Origin: Actinomycetota bacterium
GTDB taxonomy: Bacteria > Actinomycetota > Actinomycetes > S36-B12 > UBA10799
Reading direction: 5' to 3'
NCBI GenBank assembly: GCA_030837445.1
Contig: JAUPKM010000286.1
Span: 1-36,311, forward strand
DNA length: 36,311 bases
Shown: positions 16,420-24,579 of the stretch, one piece after another
Position numbering within the stretch: the first letter of the stretch is position 1
Layout: each line of letters starts with the position of its first letter
Program-made: the position numbers and the translations under genes
The notes under the pieces: generated by a model
What the model saw: the letters and a program-made list of their open reading frames with translations, nothing else
Told to the model about the DNA's origin: nothing
Database searches by the model: none

Positions 16420-18078
16420 CTACTTCCCCTCACAGTTCGCCAGGGAGACCGCCTGGCCGTCGTTGCGCAGGTCGTGCCCGGTGGCCGAAACCAGTGTCCG
16501 GGTGGTGGAGTTCATCGAGCCGCCCATCTCTTGTCCCGCAATCTCCAGCTCGCCCTCGGCAGCCTCCTTGCCATCGACATACGTGGAGTCCACCATGAAC
16601 GCATCGGCATCCAGTCTGGCAGTCAACGCATCCTGCTGTTCCCAGAAAGTACCTTCACCACCCCCCAACCGAGGGACGGACATTCGCGCCTGTTTCCCAG
16701 CGACGGTACCCCCGGTCGTGACGAAGAACTTGTCGAAGGCCTCACGATTAGCCTTACCCTCCGGAGTGGTGGTATCGAGGTCAAGGATCTTCGTGTACTC
16801 ATGCGCAACGATGCCCCGATCGCTGAAACTACCTTTATCCGATCCTCTGGACGCCTTGAACCCATCGCCAGAGCCAAGTCTCTTCTCGCCGGTCACCACG
16901 AGTTTCTTCGGGTTCCCCGCATCGTCGTAGGTGACCGTGTACGAATCAGAGCGCCCCGCTGATTCCTTGGAAGAAAAGAAGGGAAGACCCCCCACGGCGT
17001 TGTCCCCACCTACGGCCCGGGCCCGCGTGCCCTCAATGTCGCCCTTTACAGATCCAGTGAAGGACGACGCGACGGAATCGGGCTCACCGGTGCCCAGGCC
17101 GACCGTCATCGCTCCCTTGATCTCTACAGACGCCTTGACTTCACCCCGCAGGGGTCCCCCACCCTTGGCGATCTCATCATCACCTAACGCATTCTTGTTT
17201 CCAGTCTTGTACTTAACATCAGCCCCCGCCTCAATCGAGAAAGAGCCCTGCAGATTCAGTGCCACCAGAACCGCATCGGCGGTGTCTTTCCGCTGATCTT
17301 GAGCGCGTTTGGCCAGTTCCTGCTCACTGGGCTTGTGACCGCTGAGGAAGGGAGCAACATCGTCCTGCACCCAGTTCGAGACCCCATCGACCGCGCGGGT
17401 ACCGCCTTCCTCCGCGGTCTGCAGACCGGGGAGGATGATCTGAGCCGTCTGCTGGAATCCGCTGCGACGGTCATCGATGAAGCCCTGGGCAGCCTCCCCT
17501 CCCCCATATTCCTTCGGGAACCGGTAGACATATCCGAGATCTTGATTGAGCGAACCGCCAACCTTGAAGCCCAAAGGGATCGGGAGGTTGGGCAATTCTG
17601 CTTCGAGGCCGATCCCAGAACCTTGGGTGGTCACCACGCTGGCGCCGCCGTCACCGTATTTGGTGATGCTGTCAGCGTCCTTGCGGAACCCTTTCACGCT
17701 CTTGAACTTGACGTTGTAACCCAAGTCCCTGTCACGTTTGTGCTGGACACAGGTGACCTTGAGGTCCTTGGCGCGTTGCTCTGCGGGATTGGAACCGCAG
17801 GTGGCGCCGAAGGCCTCGCAAATCTTCGCCGCGAATACCCCACCAACCGGGGTGAGCAAACCGATCGCCGATCCGGCGACGACAACGGCGACGAACATCA
17901 CCCCGACGTATTCGAGGGAGGCCGCCCCACGATCGCCACGTCGCCAGACACGGTTCACACCCCTCGCGCCAGCAACCGCTTGATGTGGCGCAAAGAGGGT
18001 AGGGAAGGCGCGATCGGGGCTCATGACAACCAGGATCACGACCCGGTCAGGCCCCCCGCGAGAACCTCCGGGCCCCAC
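16420..18078 (-). CDS. Flp-module fusion protein 1: Flp prepilin-like leader and helix fused to about 450 aa of uncharacterised sequence
   Basis: RGDRG|AASLEYVGVMFVAVVVAGSAIGLLTPVGGVFAAKICEAFG parallels the flp product. The rest is Gly/Ser/Thr/Lys-rich with no known motif and ends ...SLANCEGK. The start is uncertain (GTG 18078 or ATG 18024). Confidence 0.7.
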   Translation of the reverse strand: MGPGGSRGGPDRVVILVVMSPDRAFPTLFAPHQAVAGARGVNRVWRRGDRGAASLEYVGVMFVAVVVAGSAIGLLTPVGGVFAAKICEAFGATCGSNPAEQRAKDLKVTCVQHKRDRDLGYNVKFKSVKGFRKDADSITKYGDGGASVVTTQGSGIGLEAELPNLPIPLGFKVGGSLNQDLGYVYRFPKEYGGGEAAQGFIDDRRSGFQQTAQIILPGLQTAEEGGTRAVDGVSNWVQDDVAPFLSGHKPSEQELAKRAQDQRKDTADAVLVALNLQGSFSIEAGADVKYKTGNKNALGDDEIAKGGGPLRGEVKASVEIKGAMTVGLGTGEPDSVASSFTGSVKGDIEGTRARAVGGDNAVGGLPFFSSKESAGRSDSYTVTYDDAGNPKKLVVTGEKRLGSGDGFKASRGSDKGSFSDRGIVAHEYTKILDLDTTTPEGKANREAFDKFFVTTGGTVAGKQARMSVPRLGGGEGTFWEQQDALTARLDADAFMVDSTYVDGKEAAEGELEIAGQEMGGSMNSTTRTLVSATGHDLRNDGQAVSLANCEGK

Positions 18079-18117
18079 CTGCTAGGCCTTCTGACCCAGG
18101 ACACACCAGCGGTCAGG

Positions 18118-18834
18118 TCATTCGTCGGACGCTGAGGAAGATTCCTGGCCGGAGGTTTCCGTCGACCCAGGTGTCACAGTGATCGAGTCGACAACTTTTT
18201 GCCACAGTGGCACGTCGAACTCCGTTGTCGTCGCCGCGAATCTGAACCCGTACTTGGGCAGTCCAGGCGTTTCGACAATCAGTTCGCGATACCGGAAGGT
18301 ACACGGCTTGAGGGGAGTACCGAGCACCGACGTCCCGCCCTCGTCCTCGTACAGGACGTCGAACCAGACCGCGTCCGTGGCTCCGGCGACTTTCACGTGC
18401 TGGGACTTTCCGATCGTGGAACCCTCCAGACCCGCACTCAACTGGGCGCGCAGGACCATCTCACGGATCTCCAAGGGCCCGACCTGCTCACGTTCGACGA
18501 AGCCCAGGAGCACGGGCGGCGGTGTGGACTGCCCGGTGAACGGGACCCCGATCTCCAAAGACGCCTTGGGAGCCATCCGCTGCGCCTCCGGACGCGGCTG
18601 CCACGTTGCCGGGAGGGCAAGAGTGAATCCCGGCCCCCGGCGGACCACCCATCCCTCCGGCACGGCGGCCTTGCTCGTGGGCACCACCGTCGCCTCGGCG
18701 ACCGGCTGGCGATGGACCTCGGTCTCCGACGAGCACCCACCCATCACCGCGATCAGCAGACTCGGCGCCGCGACGGCGATGAGCAGGCGGACGCGGGCGG
18801 ATCTCCGGCCGTTGCCGGCTGTTCGTCGGATCAT
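18118..18834 (-). CDS. Lipoprotein, LpqN/LpqT (PsbP-like) type
   Basis: ATG 18834 with a GGAGGAAG RBS. Lipobox LLIAVMGGCSSE. Motif PEGWVVRRGPGFTLALPATWQPR is typical of this lipoprotein class. Acidic Ser-rich tail. Confidence 0.6.
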   Translation of the reverse strand: MIRRTAGNGRRSARVRLLIAVAAPSLLIAVMGGCSSETEVHRQPVAEATVVPTSKAAVPEGWVVRRGPGFTLALPATWQPRPEAQRMAPKASLEIGVPFTGQSTPPPVLLGFVEREQVGPLEIREMVLRAQLSAGLEGSTIGKSQHVKVAGATDAVWFDVLYEDEGGTSVLGTPLKPCTFRYRELIVETPGLPKYGFRFAATTTEFDVPLWQKVVDSITVTPGSTETSGQESSSASDE

Positions 18835-18925
18835 GGTGCTTCCTCCAGGTGACGGTGCGCCGTCGAGCGCCGTTCGATGGTGCGGGAGGTGACTCGGGTG
18901 GGAGCGCCAGCGCGCCGAGATCTCG

Positions 18926-19390
18926 TCACATCGCCACCAGGACGACAATGCCAATAAGCACCACTGCCGCTCCCAGGAACCCCACGACCACACCCGTGTA
19001 GCCGACGCGCTCACGGGTGACCGATGGCCGGCGCAGGCTGAACCGTGAGGGATCCTCCGGGTCGTACCAAGCCGGATACTCACGGCCGACGCAGGACCGG
19101 GAGAAGCCGGACATCAGGTCACCGGTCCAGGCGGTGACCTCACGCCCATCGGCGGTTCTCACGACGGCGTAGGCGCTGCGAGAGGTGTAGGTGCTGGGGT
19201 CGATGACTCCCTGAACCTCTTTGACGATCTTGACGTCGAGGATCCTCGCTCGCCCCTCGACCCACCTCACCTCCCGGTCCTTCGTCTCCGGGACCGAGGT
19301 ACGGCCGGTCCTCGCGAAGCTGATCGCGAAGTAGACGAGCGCCGCGGCGAAGACAACCAGGAAGGTGACGCCTCCCGATGGGACATTCAT
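18926..19390 (-). CDS. DUF3592-like two-TM membrane protein (partner S2 of Flp-fusion protein 2)
   Basis: 154 aa with architecture TM - VRWVEGRARILDV...AWYDPEDPSRF - TM. It has the same TAGATG junction as S1. By eye it is about one-third identical to S1. Confidence 0.7.
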   Translation of the reverse strand: MNVPSGGVTFLVVFAAALVYFAISFARTGRTSVPETKDREVRWVEGRARILDVKIVKEVQGVIDPSTYTSRSAYAVVRTADGREVTAWTGDLMSGFSRSCVGREYPAWYDPEDPSRFSLRRPSVTRERVGYTGVVVGFLGAAVVLIGIVVLVAM

Positions 19391-21391
19391 CTACTTCCCC
19401 TCACAGTTCGCCAGAGAAACCTCCTGGCCGCCGTTGCGCATGTCGTACCCCTTGGCGTCGATCAGTGACCGGGTGGTGGAGTTCTTCGAACCGCCGATCC
19501 CGAATCCCGAGACCTTCAGATCGCCCCCGCCCTCCGTCTTGCTGTCGGCGTAGGTGGACTCGACCACGAACGCATCGGCGCTCACCCGGGCGGCCAGCGG
19601 AGCCATCCGTGTCGCGAGACTGACCGGATCACCTCCGGCGAGGGGGACGGACATCCGCGCCTGCTTCCCCCCGACATCGACTCCCGTCGTGACGAAGAAC
19701 TGGTCGAAGGCCTCACGGTTGGCCTTACCTTCCGGAGTGCTCGTGTCGAGGTCGAGGATCGTCGTGTACTCGTGCGTGTCGATCTGTTGGTTGAGCCCCT
19801 TACCTCCGATCTTGCGTCCCCCGGGCAACTGGATCCCCCCGCCGTAGCCAGCCTTGTACTCGCCGGTCATCACGAGTTTCTTCGGGTTCCCCGCGTCGTC
19901 GTAGCTGACCGTGTACGAGCCGCCGGCCCCGGCCGAACCCTTGTACGCGATGAAGGGAAGAATCCCCGAGGTGTCGTTCCCACCCGCGATCAGGGTGCCC
20001 TCCGCGTCGACCTTGACCGATCCGGTGAAGGACGAGGCGACGGAGTCGGGTTGTCCCGTGTCCAGGCCGACCGTCATGGCGCCCTTGACCTCCATCGACG
20101 CCTTGGCATCGGCGCGCAGGGCACCACCCGCGGGAACCGTCTCATCGGCCCCGGTCGACGTCTTGTTGCCGGTCTTCTGCTTGACGCCGTTCCCGGCCTC
20201 GATCCCCACGGAGCCCTGCAAGCTCATCGACACCTGGATCGCGTCCGCGGTGTTCTTCCTCTGGTCCCTCTCGCGCTCGGCAAGGTCCTGTTTGCTGGGT
20301 TTGTCCCCGCCGAAGAAGGGAATGACGTCGTCCTGCACCCAGTTCGAGACGCCGTCGGCCGCTCGAGTGGCACCCTCTTCGATGGTCTGCAACTGGGGGA
20401 CGGTGATCTGGGCCGCCTCCTGCCACCCGCTGCGACGGTCGTCGACGAAGTCCTGGGCGGCCTGGTCGCCCCCGTACTCCTGCGGGAACCGGTAGACATA
20501 CCCGAGGTCTCCGCTGATCGTGGCGTTGAGCTTGTACCCCAAAGGCAAGTTCTTGATCGAGCTGCCTCCGTCCAGACCGATCCCGCTGCCCTGGGACGTG
20601 ACCACGGTGGCACTGCCGTCACCGTATTTGGTGATGCTGTCGGCGTCCTTGCGCTGTCCTCGCACCCCTTCGAAGACGACGTTGTAGCCCAGGTCCCTGT
20701 CTCGCTTGTACTGGGTACAGGTGACCTTGAGGTCTTTGGCGCGCTGCTCGGCGGCATTGGTGCCACACGTCGTGCCGAAAGCCTCACAGATCTTCGCGGC
20801 GAACACCTCACCGACCGGAGTGAGCAGCCCTACCGCCGAGCCGACGACGACAACGGCGACGAACATCACCCCGGCGTATTCGAGGGATGCCGCCCCCACG
20901 TCGCTACGCCGGAAACGGGTGAACCGGGACAACGCCGGGTCCGGCGGCTCGGACTCACCGGGGGCGATCAGGATGGCTCCGATGCCCGCCTCGACGATCC
21001 ACCGCGGCAGCTCCCACAGAAGCCGTCCCCAACTACTGCCCGGCTCCCCCGCAAGAAAGACCAAACCGACATATACGGCCCAGGCAACAGCAGCACCGGC
21101 AACAACGCTCGCCAACGCCTCAGTACGACTCGTCGTCCCATACCGACGGCGCAACAACCGAGCCCCGAAAACCCCCGCCACAAACCGCAGAGACGTCGAC
21201 ACCAGGATGAGAACACCCAAAATCACCCCGGGTGACATCACGGACAGGATCTCTCCCGCCGCAGGCAAAACCAGCAATCCCAAAACGAAAGTGAGCCCAA
21301 GAATGATCAACCCGGTGCGCAGAGCCACCCCGACGACAATCGCCGGATGTGGCTCGAAGGCGGCACGGCCATAGGCGCGATCGGAACTCAT
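19391..21391 (-). CDS. Flp-module fusion protein 2, with an extra in-frame about 150-aa polytopic membrane extension upstream of the Flp motif
   Basis: RRSDVG|AASLEYAGVMFVAVVVVGSAVGLLTPVGEVFAAKICEAFG, then about 450 aa that are by eye about two-thirds identical to protein 1, ending SLANCEGK. Possible starts: 21508 (overlaps the neighbouring gene), ATG 21391, or TTG 20932 (short leader only). Confidence 0.7.
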   Translation of the reverse strand: MSSDRAYGRAAFEPHPAIVVGVALRTGLIILGLTFVLGLLVLPAAGEILSVMSPGVILGVLILVSTSLRFVAGVFGARLLRRRYGTTSRTEALASVVAGAAVAWAVYVGLVFLAGEPGSSWGRLLWELPRWIVEAGIGAILIAPGESEPPDPALSRFTRFRRSDVGAASLEYAGVMFVAVVVVGSAVGLLTPVGEVFAAKICEAFGTTCGTNAAEQRAKDLKVTCTQYKRDRDLGYNVVFEGVRGQRKDADSITKYGDGSATVVTSQGSGIGLDGGSSIKNLPLGYKLNATISGDLGYVYRFPQEYGGDQAAQDFVDDRRSGWQEAAQITVPQLQTIEEGATRAADGVSNWVQDDVIPFFGGDKPSKQDLAERERDQRKNTADAIQVSMSLQGSVGIEAGNGVKQKTGNKTSTGADETVPAGGALRADAKASMEVKGAMTVGLDTGQPDSVASSFTGSVKVDAEGTLIAGGNDTSGILPFIAYKGSAGAGGSYTVSYDDAGNPKKLVMTGEYKAGYGGGIQLPGGRKIGGKGLNQQIDTHEYTTILDLDTSTPEGKANREAFDQFFVTTGVDVGGKQARMSVPLAGGDPVSLATRMAPLAARVSADAFVVESTYADSKTEGGGDLKVSGFGIGGSKNSTTRSLIDAKGYDMRNGGQEVSLANCEGK

Positions 21392-21470
21392 GCCGCCAGA
21401 ATCACGACCCGGCCAGACCCTCCGCGAGAGCCGCCGGACCCCACCGGATGGGCCTTCGGGCCCAGGACGC

Positions 21471-22511
21471 TCAGGCTCCGCGGACCCCTCCGGCGGGAAC
21501 GCCACCATCAGCCGCCGGGGAGAACGGCAGGAGCCGGTCGAGCAGATCCTGCATGGTCACCAGGCCCAGCAGGGCTCCGCCGTCCATGACGATCACGAAC
21601 TGGCTGCGGCGCCGGCGCATCGTGGCGAGCGCGGGGTAGACGCGGTCGGCGGCGTCCAGGGTGAGGACGGGTCGCATCAGGTCCTCGGCGGTCGTGCCGG
21701 AGGTGACGTCGAGAGCGTCACGGACGTGGACCACGCCGACGACGTCGGTGCCACGGCGCACGACCAGACGCAGGTGGCCGCTGTCGCGCGCGACCCGCCG
21801 GATCCGCGCGGCGTCGTCGCCCAGGGCGACCCCGGCCAGCGACGACCGCCGGACGACATCACGCAGGGTGACGTCGTCGAGTTCGAGCACGGTGAGGAGC
21901 TGGGCCCTCCGCGTCTCCTCCAGGGCACCGACCTCGGCCGAGTGGTCCACGAGGGCTTGAAGGGTCTGGGGGGTGTGGCCGACGGCCACCTCGTCGACCG
22001 GTTCGACGCCGACCCACCGCAGGCAGGCGTTGGCGAGCCCATTGAGGCCCCTCAGCAAGGGGCGAGTCAGGATCATGAACACCCGCATCGGGACGGCGAG
22101 CAGGATCGCCGCCCGCTCCGGGTGGGCGATGGCCCACGACTTGGGAGCCATCTCGCCGACGACGAGGTGGACGAAGGTCACCGCGACGAGGGCGAGCAGA
22201 AAGGCGACGACGTCAGCGGTGCCGGTCGGCATCCCCCACGCCTCGAAGAGCGGCAGCAGGACGTCGTGGACGGCGGGTTTCGCCACCGCCCCGAGGCCGA
22301 GGGTGCACAGGGTGATCCCCAACTGCGACCCGGCGAGCAGAAGGGACAGGTCCCGGGAGCTTCGCAGGGCGACCCGGGCCGCCGCACTGTCCTGCGCGGC
22401 CCGCTCCAACCGGTGACGGCGCGCGGCGATCATGGCGAACTCCACCGCCACGAAGAGGGCGCTCAGCACGATCAGGCCCGTGGCCACCGAGAACGCCAGC
22501 AGAGGCGACAT
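21471..22511 (-). CDS. DUF21 (CNNM) + CBS-pair membrane protein (hemolysin-like / CorB family)
   Basis: N-terminal LSALFVAVEFAMIAARRHRLE and LLAGSQLGITLCTLGLG (DUF21), followed by CBS-pair-like segments. Confidence 0.8.
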   Translation of the reverse strand: MSPLLAFSVATGLIVLSALFVAVEFAMIAARRHRLERAAQDSAAARVALRSSRDLSLLLAGSQLGITLCTLGLGAVAKPAVHDVLLPLFEAWGMPTGTADVVAFLLALVAVTFVHLVVGEMAPKSWAIAHPERAAILLAVPMRVFMILTRPLLRGLNGLANACLRWVGVEPVDEVAVGHTPQTLQALVDHSAEVGALEETRRAQLLTVLELDDVTLRDVVRRSSLAGVALGDDAARIRRVARDSGHLRLVVRRGTDVVGVVHVRDALDVTSGTTAEDLMRPVLTLDAADRVYPALATMRRRRSQFVIVMDGGALLGLVTMQDLLDRLLPFSPAADGGVPAGGVRGA

Positions 22512-22514
22512 GTC

Positions 22515-23942
22515 CTACTCCCCCTCCGGGTTTCCGGCGTCCGACGGCACCGGGGCGGGGACATGGCGCAGACGCACCGTCTCGGGCACCCGGCGTTGCA
22601 CGGACTGCACGGTGATCTCCAGCCGTCTCGGGGCGTCGTCGTCCTCGTCCGCTCCGGGTGGGGGCGACAGGTCGACGAGGACGGCGTCGCCAGGATCAGG
22701 CAGGCGCCCCAGCACGGCGATGACCAGTCCTCCGACGGTGTTGTAGTGCCCGTGGGGCAGGTCGTGGTCGATCAGCCGCTCCACCTCGTCGATGTGCGTC
22801 GACCCGGGAACGACCCACCCCCGGCTCGGGAGCGACGGGACCGACGGTGCCAGGCCCGGTGATGCCAGGCCCGGTGATGCCAGGTCCGCCACCGCCGGAT
22901 CGTGTTCATCCGTGATCTCTCCGACCAGTTCCTCGGCGATGTCCTCGACGGTGAGGATGCCCGCCAGGCCGCCGTATTCGTCAAGGACGCAGGCGAACTC
23001 CTCACCGGCCTCCCGCAACTGCTGGAGCGCGTCCGTCAGCCTCACCGTGTCAGGCATCAGCAACGCGGGCCGCATGAGATCGCCAGCGGTTCGCCCGTGC
23101 AGGTCGGCCACCTCCCGGTACAGAACGTCCCGCAGGACCACCACGCCGAGGACGTCGTCCACGCTCTCGCCGACGACGGGGTACCGCGAGTGCGCCCGCC
23201 CCATCCGGCGCAGCAGCCGTAAGGCTGGCTCGTCGACGGGCACCGTCGCCACGCGCGGTCGCGGAATCATCGCCTCCCGGGCACTGCGATCGCCGAAGTC
23301 CAACATCCGGTCCAGCAGCAGGGACAGGTGGGCAGGCAGGTCGCCGCTGTCCCGGGACTCATCGATGATCGCTTCGAGATCACGGGCGGTGACGGCCTGT
23401 TCGACGTCGTGGACCGGTTCGATCCGGACGAGGCGGAGCAACAGGTTGGAGGCGCCGTCGAACACCCGCACCACCGGGCCGAACACGGCGAGGTACAGGG
23501 ACGTCGACCGGGCCAGCCACCGCGCCGTCGGCTCGGGCCTGGCGATCGCGAGGTTCTTCGGAACCAGCTCACCGAACACCATTTGGACGACGGTCGCCAC
23601 CACCAGGGCCAGGAGCATGCCCGCCGCCGCACCGATCCCGGCCGGAATCCCCGTCAACCCCAGCAGCTCGGTGAGCCCTCGACCGATCATCGGTTCGGCC
23701 AGGTAACCGACGATCAGCCCGGTGACCGTGATCCCCAGTTGCGCCCCGGAGAGCATGAACGACGTCCGCCCGGTCACCGCCAGGGCCCGGCGCGCGCTCA
23801 CGTCACCGGTCTCCGCGGCTGCCCGCAGCCGGGCCCGGTCCACCGCCATGTACCCGAACTCCTGCGCGACGAAGTAGGCCGTCAACCCGGTGATCAGCAT
23901 GACCACGACGATCCCGGCGACGACGCCGCCCAGGGCACCCAT
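22515..23942 (-). CDS. DUF21 (CNNM) + CBS-pair + CorC/HlyC C-terminal domain protein
   Basis: ATG 23942 (MGALGGVVAGIVVVML...). FVAQEFGYMAVDR and MLSGAQLGITVTGL (DUF21), a CBS pair, and a C-terminal GWVVPGSTHIDEVERL...GGLVIAVLGRLP transporter-associated domain. Confidence 0.8.
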   Translation of the reverse strand: MGALGGVVAGIVVVMLITGLTAYFVAQEFGYMAVDRARLRAAAETGDVSARRALAVTGRTSFMLSGAQLGITVTGLIVGYLAEPMIGRGLTELLGLTGIPAGIGAAAGMLLALVVATVVQMVFGELVPKNLAIARPEPTARWLARSTSLYLAVFGPVVRVFDGASNLLLRLVRIEPVHDVEQAVTARDLEAIIDESRDSGDLPAHLSLLLDRMLDFGDRSAREAMIPRPRVATVPVDEPALRLLRRMGRAHSRYPVVGESVDDVLGVVVLRDVLYREVADLHGRTAGDLMRPALLMPDTVRLTDALQQLREAGEEFACVLDEYGGLAGILTVEDIAEELVGEITDEHDPAVADLASPGLASPGLAPSVPSLPSRGWVVPGSTHIDEVERLIDHDLPHGHYNTVGGLVIAVLGRLPDPGDAVLVDLSPPPGADEDDDAPRRLEITVQSVQRRVPETVRLRHVPAPVPSDAGNPEGE

Positions 23943-24087
23943 CAGGTCTTCCTCGTTCCCGTCGACACGTGACCAGTCTGACGGTTGACCACGCAGCGAT
24001 GTTCCCGGGCACCCTCCGCAGCGTCCCCTGTTCTGGTGGCATCCTCGGGCGCCGTCCCGGCAGGTTCCCTGGGCTCGATCCCGTACG

Positions 24088-24555
24088 GTGATCTCCATGG
24101 TGACCATGGACACCTGCTACACCTGCGCGCAGGAGCGGCTCTTCGACCGTCTACCGATCAGGGAACGGATCGCCCACGACGATCACTGGCGGGTGGCCCA
24201 CGCGACCGGTACCTCCCTGGAGGCCTGGCTGATCCTCATGCCCCGCCGTCACGTCACAACGATCGCCGAGCTGTCGGACGCCGAGGCGGGGCTCCTCGGT
24301 ACCTGGCAGGTACGGCTCTCCCGGGCCCTCCACGCGGTGACCGGCTGCGAGAAGACCTACGTCGTCCAGTTCGCCGAGGCCCCGGGCTTCGCCCACGTCC
24401 ACTTCCACGTCGTCCCGAGATCGCCGGACCACCCCTACGACAGGCGTGGCCCGGCGATCTTCTCCTACCTGGGGTGTCCCCCGGACAAGCAGGTGAGCCC
24501 GCGGCGGATGGACCTGCTCGGGGCGCAGCTCCGCTCCTCGCTGGGCCCCCACTGA
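24088..24555 (+). CDS. HIT (histidine triad) family protein
   Basis: HVHFHVVPR histidine-triad motif and an N-terminal CxxC (CYTC). The start may be ATG 24106. Confidence 0.7.
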   Translation: MISMVTMDTCYTCAQERLFDRLPIRERIAHDDHWRVAHATGTSLEAWLILMPRRHVTTIAELSDAEAGLLGTWQVRLSRALHAVTGCEKTYVVQFAEAPGFAHVHFHVVPRSPDHPYDRRGPAIFSYLGCPPDKQVSPRRMDLLGAQLRSSLGPH

Positions 24556-24579
24556 ACCAGGCCTCGGCTGAACCGAAGC

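Noticed and set aside
20933-21391. The idea that the polytopic N-terminal extension of Flp-fusion protein 2 is a fused TadV/CpaA prepilin peptidase, which would supply the missing peptidase
   Set aside because: The size and TM count are compatible. However, I see no pair of conserved catalytic Asp residues or a GxGD-type motif within the helices, and the segment has almost no acidic residues. There is no support for the idea.
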